A stretch of 64,000 bases of DNA, taken from Burkholderiales bacterium. Lineage in GTDB: Bacteria; Pseudomonadota; Gammaproteobacteria; Burkholderiales; Ga0077523. The translations under genes and the position numbers were made by a program. Positions 37,462 to 45,056 of the stretch are shown piece by piece. Location: contig JALHMS010000003.1 of NCBI GenBank assembly GCA_022843925.1, positions 58,440 through 122,439 of the forward strand, written 5' to 3'. Under the pieces are notes generated by a model. That model was not told the DNA's origin, ran no database searches, and saw only the letters and a list, made by a program, of their open reading frames with translations. Positions within the stretch are counted from its first letter, which is position 1. The number at the start of each line of letters is the position of its first letter.

Positions 37462-38211
37462 TTACTCCGTGCCGAGTTGCGCGACCCACGCCGCGTGGCG
37501 TTCGCGCTCGAGAATGATGCCGCGGACGCGCGTGAGCGCGGTCGCGATGCTGTAGGCCCAGAACGCGAACACCATCACAAGCATGCCCAGCAGCATGGTG
37601 GAAGCCATGCTGGGCGCCCGGGTGATGCTGACGGAGGAACCCTGGTGAAGGGTGTTCCACCACTTCACCGAGAAATAGATGATCGGGACGTTCACGACAC
37701 CGACGATCGCGAGGATGGCGGCCGCCTTGTCGGCGCGGCGGGGGTCGTCGATCGAGGCGTGCAGCGCCATGAAGCCGACGTAGAGGAAAAGCAGGATGAG
37801 TTCGGACGTGAGCCGCGCATCCCACACCCACCACGTGCCCCAGGTCGGCCGCCCCCAGAGTGCGCCGGTCCAGAGCGCGATGGCTGTCATCAGGGCGCCG
37901 GTGGGCGCCAGGGCGTTCGCCATCATCGAGGAGAGACGCGTGTTGAAGATGAGTCCCGCGGCAGCCCACCCCGCCATGACGACGTAGATGAACATGGACA
38001 TCCACGCCGCCGGCACATGAATGAAGATGATCCGATACGAGTCGCCTTGCTGGAAGTCGGTGGGGGCGACGAAGAACCCGATGTAGAGGCCGGCGATGGT
38101 CAGCGCGACCGCTGCGATCCAGAAGAACGGAGCGAGGCGCCCGGCAAGCGGATAGAAGGTCTGTGGAGACGAATAGCGGAACCAGTTGAAGGACACGAGC
38201 ACTCCGGACAC
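37462..38211 (-). CDS. ccmC: Heme exporter protein CcmC
   Basis: 249-aa ORF with a GTG start, the WWD motif WGTWWVWDARLTSE and six TM segments. Confidence 0.95.
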   Translation of the reverse strand: MSGVLVSFNWFRYSSPQTFYPLAGRLAPFFWIAAVALTIAGLYIGFFVAPTDFQQGDSYRIIFIHVPAAWMSMFIYVVMAGWAAAGLIFNTRLSSMMANALAPTGALMTAIALWTGALWGRPTWGTWWVWDARLTSELILLFLYVGFMALHASIDDPRRADKAAAILAIVGVVNVPIIYFSVKWWNTLHQGSSVSITRAPSMASTMLLGMLVMVFAFWAYSIATALTRVRGIILERERHAAWVAQLGTE

Positions 38212-38216
38212 GCTTG

Positions 38217-38882
38217 TTATTCGAGGGCCACCCGCACCGCCGCAGCGGATGCGAGGGGTGAAACGACCAGCGAGATCATCAGGACGGCCCCGAGCAGTGA
38301 CAGGTGCCCGCCCGGTGCGGTTCCCACCCCGACCGCCTCGACGGCCCCGGAACCGAAGATCAATACGGGGATATACAGCGGCAGGACGAGGAGCGCCACC
38401 ACCCCGCTACCGCGCACGCCGAGCGTGAGTCCCGCCCCGATTGCCCCGATGAGCGAAAGGCAGGGTGTTCCGAGGAGCAACGAGTAGAAGAGGACAGGCA
38501 GCATGTCGGGCGCCATGCCGAACTGCAGACCGAGCAGCGGCCCCATCAGCACGAGGGGCAGGCCCGTGAGCAGCCAGTGGGCGACGATCTTCGAGAGGAC
38601 GAGGAGCGACAGCGGCTGGGGTGCAAGGGTGAGCTGTTCGAGCGTGCCGTCGGTGTAGTCGGACGCGAACATCCGGGGCAGCGCGAGCATCGACGCGAGC
38701 AGCGCGGCCACCCACAGGATGCCGGGTGCGATGACGCGAAGAATCGCAGGTTCGGGCCCCACGCCGAGCGGGAACAGGCTCACGACGATGATGAAGAAGA
38801 AGAATGTCGTCAGCCAGTCGGCGCGTCGGCGCCATGCCTGGAGGATGTCCCGCAGAAAGACCGCCCGCAGCGCGTCACGCAT
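38217..38882 (-). CDS. ccmB: Heme exporter permease CcmB
   Basis: The track ORF runs to 39155; the internal ATG at 38882, just after the ccmA stop, gives a 221-aa polytopic protein (MRDALRAVFLRDILQAWRRRADW). Confidence 0.92.
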   Translation of the reverse strand: MRDALRAVFLRDILQAWRRRADWLTTFFFFIIVVSLFPLGVGPEPAILRVIAPGILWVAALLASMLALPRMFASDYTDGTLEQLTLAPQPLSLLVLSKIVAHWLLTGLPLVLMGPLLGLQFGMAPDMLPVLFYSLLLGTPCLSLIGAIGAGLTLGVRGSGVVALLVLPLYIPVLIFGSGAVEAVGVGTAPGGHLSLLGAVLMISLVVSPLASAAAVRVALE

Positions 38883-38884
38883 CG

Positions 38885-39505
38885 TCAGGCGTCGAGTCGC
38901 AGGCGTTGCGTGCGGCCTGCAGGCAGCGCCACTTCCTGATGCGTGGTGAGCACGGCCATTCCGCCCCCGTCGAGATGTCTGCCCAGCCGGTCCGACAGAC
39001 GCTGGACCGACTCGACATCGAGTGCGGCGAACGGCTCGTCGAGGATCCATAGCTTCGGCGCATCCGGGAACCAGAGCCGCGAGAGCGCCACCCGCCGGCG
39101 CTGACCCTGCGAGAGGACACGTACCGGCAACTCGCGGCGGTCGATGAGGCCGCACTGTGCGAGCACTTCATCGAACTCGTCCGACCGCGCCGTGCGGCCT
39201 GCGATCTGCATCGCGGAGCGCAGGTTCTCCTCGAGGGTGAGATCGTCCTTGAGCGCGTTGGCGTGGCCCAGGTAGAGAAGTTCGCGCCGGTAGGCTTCCC
39301 CTGCATCCACGATGGGCTGTCCGACCCATTGGATCACGCCCTCGTCGGGCGGCGTCAGGCCGCAGAGCATGCGCAGGAGCGTGGTCTTGCCGCTGCCGTT
39401 GCGGCCTTCGATCCAGAGGACTTCACCGGGCTCGACGCGCAGCGCGACGCCGCGCAGCAGCCAGCGGGAGCCCTTGAGGCAGGCGATGTCACGCGCTTCT
39501 AGCAT
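38885..39505 (-). CDS. ccmA: Heme exporter ATP-binding protein CcmA
   Basis: 206-aa ORF with Walker A GRNGSGKTTLLR, the ABC signature LSQGQRRRVAL and Walker B LWILDEP. Confidence 0.95.
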   Translation of the reverse strand: MLEARDIACLKGSRWLLRGVALRVEPGEVLWIEGRNGSGKTTLLRMLCGLTPPDEGVIQWVGQPIVDAGEAYRRELLYLGHANALKDDLTLEENLRSAMQIAGRTARSDEFDEVLAQCGLIDRRELPVRVLSQGQRRRVALSRLWFPDAPKLWILDEPFAALDVESVQRLSDRLGRHLDGGGMAVLTTHQEVALPAGRTQRLRLDA

Positions 39506-39934
39506 GGGTCGGCATGAGGAATGGCGGCAGCTTAATCGGCGGATTATATCGGAGGGGCTCGCCAGCGCCCCGGTTCCGATGGCACCGGCTCATGGTCTGA
39601 GATCACGCGAAGTCACGCCCGCAGCCCATTGATGCGCTTGAAATACGAAGTCGAATCCCGTGCCGGTCCAGGCGCCTTGGGCGGTCGCCAGGGTTGACGG
39701 TGTTGCGCGACCCGGTCAATCCTTCCGGTCCGAAAGAATTTTGCCGAGGGCGCCTCTTGTTCCCGACAGGCGTCCGACGCGGAGACGCATGCGATCACGG
39801 AAATACCGCCGTTCCCCGAATCCTCGACGTTCGAATCCCGGCCGGCCGTCCCCCCGGGGCACGACCGACGCAGGCGTCGCGCCACGGCACCTGGACGTCG
39901 TCGATGAGGGTGGCCTGATCCCGGCAGCTTCGTC

Positions 39935-39953
39935 TGGCGGAGAGGGTGGGATT
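39935..39953. repeat. Exact 19-nt duplicate of the tRNA-Ser 3' end
   Basis: TGGCGGAGAGGGTGGGATT at 39935..39953 is identical to 40112..40130 (plus-strand reading), which is the CCA end, acceptor stem and T-stem of tRNA-Ser. Similarity extends into the 6 nt of flank (TTCGTC versus TTCATT). Confidence 0.8.
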
Positions 39954-40077
39954 GCGTCGGCATCACCTCACGGCGATCCCGACGTCCCTCGCGTGGCGCT
40001 CGGGACCGCCGCTCCCGGCGTCCCGGAACGCATGCGTTCCGGTCGAACCGGTGGGTCCGTCCACACACCCGCTTCGC

Positions 40078-40107
40078 CAAACGAAAACGGCCCGCAGGGG
40101 GCCGTTT
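40078..40107 (-). terminator. Rho-independent terminator downstream of tRNA-Ser
   Basis: 9-bp stem AAACGGCCC/GGGCCGTTT with a 5-nt loop. On the minus strand it is followed by TCGTTTGG, immediately 3' of the tRNA. Confidence 0.65.
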
Positions 40108-40111
40108 CATT

Positions 40112-40204
40112 TGGCGGAGAGGGTGGGATTCGAACCCACGTGCCGGGTTTCCCCGACCATCTGATTTCGAGTCAGCGCCGTTATGGCCACTTCGGTACCT
40201 CTCC
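40112..40204 (-). tRNA. tRNA-Ser (anticodon CGA)
   Basis: 93 nt on the minus strand: GGAGAGG-TA-...-CTCGAAA anticodon loop-long variable arm (TGGTCGGGGAAACCCGGCAC)-GTGGG-TTCGAAT-CCCAC-CCTCTCC-G-CCA. This is the class II tRNA architecture, folded by hand. Confidence 0.93.
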
Positions 40205-40262
40205 GGAGGGGGCGGATTCTAGCACTGGGGAAGGCGCTGGGAAGCGTTTTCTGCGTTCGTTG

Positions 40263-41714
40263 ATGACGCACTGCACGGCCTCGGCATTCCTGCTCGCGCT
40301 GGCTGCGTCTGGGCCCTTGTCCGCGCCGGCCTCCTTCGAACTCGGTCCCCCCGTCATGCCGGTGTCGCTGCCGGATCCGATGGAAGAACTGGTCGTCGTG
40401 ACGCGGCCGACGCCGACGACTTACTTTCAGACTCCTGATGGCAGGATGGGCGGTCTCGAGTACGACCTCGTGGCCCGATTCGCGGCTGTTCTGGGTACCC
40501 GCCTCCGCTTCATCGAGGCCGGCAGCTATGCCGATGCGCTCGCCCGGCTTCGCCGCGGTGAGGCGCATATGGCGGCAGCAGACATCGTGGCCACGGAGGC
40601 GCTTCGCGAGGAGTTCCGGTTCGGCCCACCGTATCGCCGCGCGCGCCAGGTGCTGGTCAGGAGTGGTCCGGCGCCCAAGGTCGCCAATGTCGCGGCGCTC
40701 GAATCCCGTCGAGTCGCCTTCGCCCCCGAATCGAGTGCGGATCACCATCTGCGAACGGCTCGCCCGGATCTCCAGTTGGAAGCCGTCGCCGCGGATCACC
40801 CCGAGGACGCTCTGCGGGCTCTCTGGGAGGGGCGCGCCGACTACGCGATCACGGGTGCGCATCTGCTCGATCTCGCGCGCGGCGCCTATCCAGACCTCGC
40901 ACAGACGCTTTCGGTGGGGCCTGCAGAGCCCGTGGCGTGGGCATTTCAGAGGCACGGCGATCCTCGCCTGCTCAAGCAGGCCCGCCGGTTCTTCAACCGG
41001 ATCGCCGAGGACGGGACCCTGCTGCAGTTGATGGACCGCTACTACGGACACGCGAAACGGCTGGACACGGCTTCGGCCGTCGAGTTTCGCGATGCGGTAT
41101 CTCGCCGCCTGCCGGCCCTGCGGTCCGCCTTCGAACAGGCCGGCCGCGAAACCGGCATCGATTGGCGTTTCCTCGCCGCGCTCGCGTTCCAGGAGTCCAA
41201 ATGGGATCCCGCCGCGACCTCACCCACCGGAGTGCGCGGACTGATGATGCTGACCGAAGACACCGCCGCCCGGATGGGGGTGAAGGACAGAACCGATCCG
41301 TGGCAGAGCCTCCTTGCCGGCGCGCGATACTTCCGGAAGCTGAGGGACGCGCTGCCGGAGCGCATCCGCGAGCCGGACCGGTCGTGGCTGGCCCTCGCCG
41401 CCTACAACCAGGGGCTGGGCCATCTCGAGGACGCGCGCGTTCTCGCGCAGCGCCTCGGCCTCGACGCCGATACCTGGATCCACGTACGTCAGGCGCTGCC
41501 GTTGCTCGCCGTCGAGATGCACTACACGACGCTGAAGCACGGTTACGCTCGCGGCGGCGAGGCGATGGCCCTCACCGAGAACGTGCGAGCCTACTATCAG
41601 GCGCTGGTGGCGCTCGAACCGGAAGTGGCGAAACAGGACCTCCAAGCAACGCGCGAAAGCGAGCCTGAATCCGCCACCACCATGCACGAAGAGACCGAAC
41701 CGTTCATCCTCTGA
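40263..41714 (+). CDS. mltF: Membrane-bound lytic murein transglycosylase F-like (solute-binding domain plus SLT domain)
   Basis: The track ORF starts at 39660 and reads through the tRNA. The ATG at 40263 gives MTHCTASAFLLALAASG (signal peptide). A PBP-like N-domain follows, and the C-terminal SLT motif is AALAFQESKWDPAATSPTGVRGLMMLT...AYNQG. Confidence 0.85.
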   Translation: MTHCTASAFLLALAASGPLSAPASFELGPPVMPVSLPDPMEELVVVTRPTPTTYFQTPDGRMGGLEYDLVARFAAVLGTRLRFIEAGSYADALARLRRGEAHMAAADIVATEALREEFRFGPPYRRARQVLVRSGPAPKVANVAALESRRVAFAPESSADHHLRTARPDLQLEAVAADHPEDALRALWEGRADYAITGAHLLDLARGAYPDLAQTLSVGPAEPVAWAFQRHGDPRLLKQARRFFNRIAEDGTLLQLMDRYYGHAKRLDTASAVEFRDAVSRRLPALRSAFEQAGRETGIDWRFLAALAFQESKWDPAATSPTGVRGLMMLTEDTAARMGVKDRTDPWQSLLAGARYFRKLRDALPERIREPDRSWLALAAYNQGLGHLEDARVLAQRLGLDADTWIHVRQALPLLAVEMHYTTLKHGYARGGEAMALTENVRAYYQALVALEPEVAKQDLQATRESEPESATTMHEETEPFIL

Positions 41715-41733
41715 GCGGCTGCGCGCTGCCACC

Positions 41734-43854
41734 TCACCCGGTGGCGGATACCTTCTCGAGCTGTGCCAGGGTCGAGTAGAAGACGGGCCCCCGACCCATG
41801 TCGGCCTCGTCCTGACGCACCAGCGCATTGATGTTCACACCGTTGCGCTGCTTGGACCCCTGCAACTGCTTGGGCGCCCCCAGCACGCCGGACAGCATCC
41901 CGGGCACCACCAACGCGTGGCCGAACACTTCGCCGCGGTCGTTCCACAACCGGCAGAGGTCGCCCGTCTCGATGCCGCGCGATTCCGCGTCGGGCTCGCT
42001 CACCTCGAACGTCTGACGCGACATCATCGCCTGGAGCCGCGGGACGTGCTGGAAACTCGCTCCGATGAAATGATGGGTCGCCGCGCTGATCACCTGCAGC
42101 GGAAACCGGACGCGCTGATCGGTGCTCTCCTGCCCTTCCCGCTCGGGGTGGTGGGCCGGCAACGGATCGATGCCGGCGCTCGCCAGCGCCTCACTGTAGA
42201 TCTCGATCTTTCCGGAGGGCGTCGGCCACCGCCCGCTGTTCAGACCCGGCCGTCGCGGCGACTCCAGATTCGCCCGCGCCCATCCATTCGATTCGAGCTG
42301 CTCGTAAGTGACGCCCTCGAACAGCGGATTGAAGGCTGGATCGATCAAGTCCCGGATGATCGATTCGTTGCTCTGCGAGAAGCACGGATCCTCGTAGCCC
42401 ATGCGCTTCGCGAGCCGCCGGAACAGTTCGCTGTTGTCGACGCTCTCGCCGAGCGGCTCGATGGCCTGCTGGCTGAGCCCCCAGTAGAAATTGCCGTACG
42501 CGCCCACGATATCGGTGCGCTCGAGCGCAGTGTCGGCGGGCAGCACGATGTCGGCGTAGTCACAGGTGTCGGTGAAGAATGTGTCGTGGACCACGGTGAA
42601 GAGGTCCGCGCGCGACATCCCGCGACGCGCCGACCTGGTGTCCGGGACGCAATTGGCGGGGTCGGAGTTCCAGACGAACAGGGCCTTGATCGGCGGGTCC
42701 AGCGTCTCGTCCTCGAGCGCCCGGCCGATCTGGATCATGTTGACGGTGCGCGGCGTGCGCCCCGCGAGCAGATCCGTGCGTTGAAGCTTCAGCGGGTCCA
42801 CGCCTCGCATCTCGTTCCCCGTCCCGACGCACAGGCCGCCACCGGTGGTCATCGAACCGGTGAAGAGCGGCAGACAGCGGATCGCGCGCGTCATCGCGCC
42901 GCCGTTGTCGTGCCGCTGGATGCCCCAGTTCAAGCGGATGAACGATTTCTTCGTGGAGGCGTACAGCATCGCCAGCTTCTCGATGTCGGCCGCGGCGATA
43001 CCTGTGATGGCGGCGACGCGCTCCAGTGGATAGTCGGGCAGCCGCTCGGCCACCAGGCGCTCCCACCCGAGGGTCTGGGTGCGTAGGAAGGCTTCGTCGT
43101 GCAGTCCACGGTCGACGATGATCTTCAGCATCCCCAGCGCGAGCGCCGCATCGGTGCCCGGTCGCGGCTGCACGTGCCAGTCGGCGTACGCCGTGGTCCG
43201 CGTCGGTCGCGGATCGATGGCGATGATCTTCGCGCCGTTCGCCCGCGCTTCGTCGAGGAACGGCATCGCGTGGATGCCGGTCGTGACGAGGTTGGTGGCC
43301 CAGAGGATCACGACATCCATCCTCGGGATGTCCTCGATGTTGGCTTCGTGCGCGAGGCCCGTCATCGAGAGGCTGGCCGCGCGGCCGGCCGCCGTGCAGA
43401 TGGTCGCGGCGAGGCGCGCGGCGCCCATCTTGTTGAAGAAGCGCTCGCCCATCCCGGAGAAACCGACCATTCCCAACGTGCCGGAGTAGTTGTAGGGCTG
43501 GACGGCCTCGGGTCCGTACTCGGCGACAACCCCCTTCAGGCGCCCTGTGATCTCGGTCAGGGCCTCATCCCAGGTGATGCGTTCGAGCTTGCCACCGGGC
43601 CCCTTCGGTCCGACACGCCGATGCGGGTACAGCACGCGGTTGGCGTTGTACACGAGGTCGAGGTAGTTGTTGACCTTGTTGCAGAGATAGCCGCGGGTCA
43701 CGGGGTGCGAAGGATCTCCCTCCACCTTCACGGCACGGCCCGACTGGACGTCGACCGTGACGCGCATCCCGCAGGCGTCGGGGCAATCGTGCGGACAGGT
43801 GGCCTTGACCACCTTCGTGCCGAGTTCATGGGCAATGCGGCCGGCGGATTCCAT
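41734..43854 (-). CDS. Molybdopterin-dependent oxidoreductase (DMSO-reductase/MopB superfamily)
   Basis: The track ORF runs to 44046; the internal ATG at 43854 gives 706 aa. It has the N-terminal Fe-S cluster motif CPHDCPDACGMRV, then the MopB domain and a C-terminal dinucleotide-binding barrel. No Tat signal is obvious, so it may be cytoplasmic. Confidence 0.85.
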   Translation of the reverse strand: MESAGRIAHELGTKVVKATCPHDCPDACGMRVTVDVQSGRAVKVEGDPSHPVTRGYLCNKVNNYLDLVYNANRVLYPHRRVGPKGPGGKLERITWDEALTEITGRLKGVVAEYGPEAVQPYNYSGTLGMVGFSGMGERFFNKMGAARLAATICTAAGRAASLSMTGLAHEANIEDIPRMDVVILWATNLVTTGIHAMPFLDEARANGAKIIAIDPRPTRTTAYADWHVQPRPGTDAALALGMLKIIVDRGLHDEAFLRTQTLGWERLVAERLPDYPLERVAAITGIAAADIEKLAMLYASTKKSFIRLNWGIQRHDNGGAMTRAIRCLPLFTGSMTTGGGLCVGTGNEMRGVDPLKLQRTDLLAGRTPRTVNMIQIGRALEDETLDPPIKALFVWNSDPANCVPDTRSARRGMSRADLFTVVHDTFFTDTCDYADIVLPADTALERTDIVGAYGNFYWGLSQQAIEPLGESVDNSELFRRLAKRMGYEDPCFSQSNESIIRDLIDPAFNPLFEGVTYEQLESNGWARANLESPRRPGLNSGRWPTPSGKIEIYSEALASAGIDPLPAHHPEREGQESTDQRVRFPLQVISAATHHFIGASFQHVPRLQAMMSRQTFEVSEPDAESRGIETGDLCRLWNDRGEVFGHALVVPGMLSGVLGAPKQLQGSKQRNGVNINALVRQDEADMGRGPVFYSTLAQLEKVSATG

Positions 43855-44108
43855 GGACGATCCCAGTGCAGAGCGAGGCTGGATTCTAAGCCCGGGCCGC
43901 ACCGGTCGAGTACGCGTTCGATCGGCGGATCCGTGGAGCCTCGATGCCGCCGCAGGAGGCCGCTGCCGACAGGCCTCCCCGCCAGGAGGAACGGGAATAT
44001 CTCCCGGTGATCGCAATGAAGTGCGCCCTGTCGATGGACCGCACATGCCTATATTTTGACCGTGGGGAGAGAACCCCGTGCCAAACCCAGAAAAGAGAGA
44101 CCTTCGAG

Positions 44109-44861
44109 ATGAGACTGCGTACGACGATCATTGCGGCGGCACTGGCCGCCATCAGCGCCCCGGCACTCGCCGGCGGCTTCGTGAGCCTGCCCGACAGCGC
44201 GCCGCTGCGCGTCGTGGGAGTCAACAACAGCGCTGCGGATCCGCTGTTCCTCGGTGACGGCTGGACGCCCCAGGCCAACGGGTACACCCGCGTCGCCCGC
44301 CGCATCAGTTCCGTTCTGTACGACGGCAACGACATCGGTCTCTTCCAGGACTATGTCTACCGCAGCGATATGGACGGCACGCTGCTCTTCGCATCGCAGT
44401 TCACGCTCGAGGTCGAAGAGCAGAACGGCTACACGCTCGAGATCAACGACATCTTCCGCCGTGGCTTTGCCGGCTACGATGTCGCCGTCGCCTGGTACGA
44501 CCCCGACCTCGGTTCCCGCCTGGTCAGCGCCGCCCACTCCACGGTCGGCCGTACCCGCCCGCAGCAGGCGGACATCTACTCCGACGACATCGTCAACCTG
44601 CGCACGGACATCTCCATCGAGGAGGAGAACCCGAGCACGGCGTGGTATGTCATCAAGACCAATGCGACCGAATTCGACTACCTGGTGAACGGCGTCAGCA
44701 TCACGCAGGCAGCTTCGGTCTCCGGCGACGATCCGCCCTTCCGTGCCGCCACCTTCGAGGCCTTCGCCCCGGTGCCCGTGCCCGAACCGTCCGAGTACAT
44801 GATGCTGCTGGGTGGCCTGGGTCTCGTGGGTCTGGTGGCATCCCGCCGCAAGACCAGGTAA
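44109..44861 (+). CDS. PEP-CTERM sorting-domain protein (exosortase substrate)
   Basis: The internal ATG at 44109 gives a 250-aa product. It has the signal peptide MRLRTTIIAAALAAISAPALA. The C-terminus VPVPEPSEYMMLLGGLGLVGLVASRRKTR contains the VPEP motif, a TM helix and a basic tail. Confidence 0.85.
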   Translation: MRLRTTIIAAALAAISAPALAGGFVSLPDSAPLRVVGVNNSAADPLFLGDGWTPQANGYTRVARRISSVLYDGNDIGLFQDYVYRSDMDGTLLFASQFTLEVEEQNGYTLEINDIFRRGFAGYDVAVAWYDPDLGSRLVSAAHSTVGRTRPQQADIYSDDIVNLRTDISIEEENPSTAWYVIKTNATEFDYLVNGVSITQAASVSGDDPPFRAATFEAFAPVPVPEPSEYMMLLGGLGLVGLVASRRKTR

Positions 44862-44897
44862 TCCAAGCAATCCCTCGACGGGTTCTTCACCGTCGTG

Positions 44898-44933
44898 CAG
44901 AGGCCGCGCCATGGGCGCGGCCTCTGTCGTTTC
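44898..44933 (+). terminator. Strong rho-independent terminator after the PEP-CTERM gene
   Basis: Perfect 13-bp stem CAGAGGCCGCGCC/GGCGCGGCCTCTG with a 3-nt loop, followed by TCGTTTC. Confidence 0.8.
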
Positions 44934-45056
44934 ACCTCCCGCCGATGGCGCGCATCACAACGGCTGCCTGCCGACGCCGAGGCCATCCATCCCTCGTTTA
45001 CAGCCCGCGCCCGGGCGGTCAAACTGACCGGACGACAAGCTCCGGAGACCTCGTTC

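Noticed and set aside
39613-40262. ORF 39613..40110 (minus, 165 aa) and the N-terminal 200 codons of ORF 39660..41714 (plus) within the ccmA to tRNA-Ser to mltF interval.
   Set aside because: Both are Arg/Pro-rich. The plus-strand frame reads straight through the tRNA-Ser gene. A proper signal-peptide start for MltF exists at 40263.
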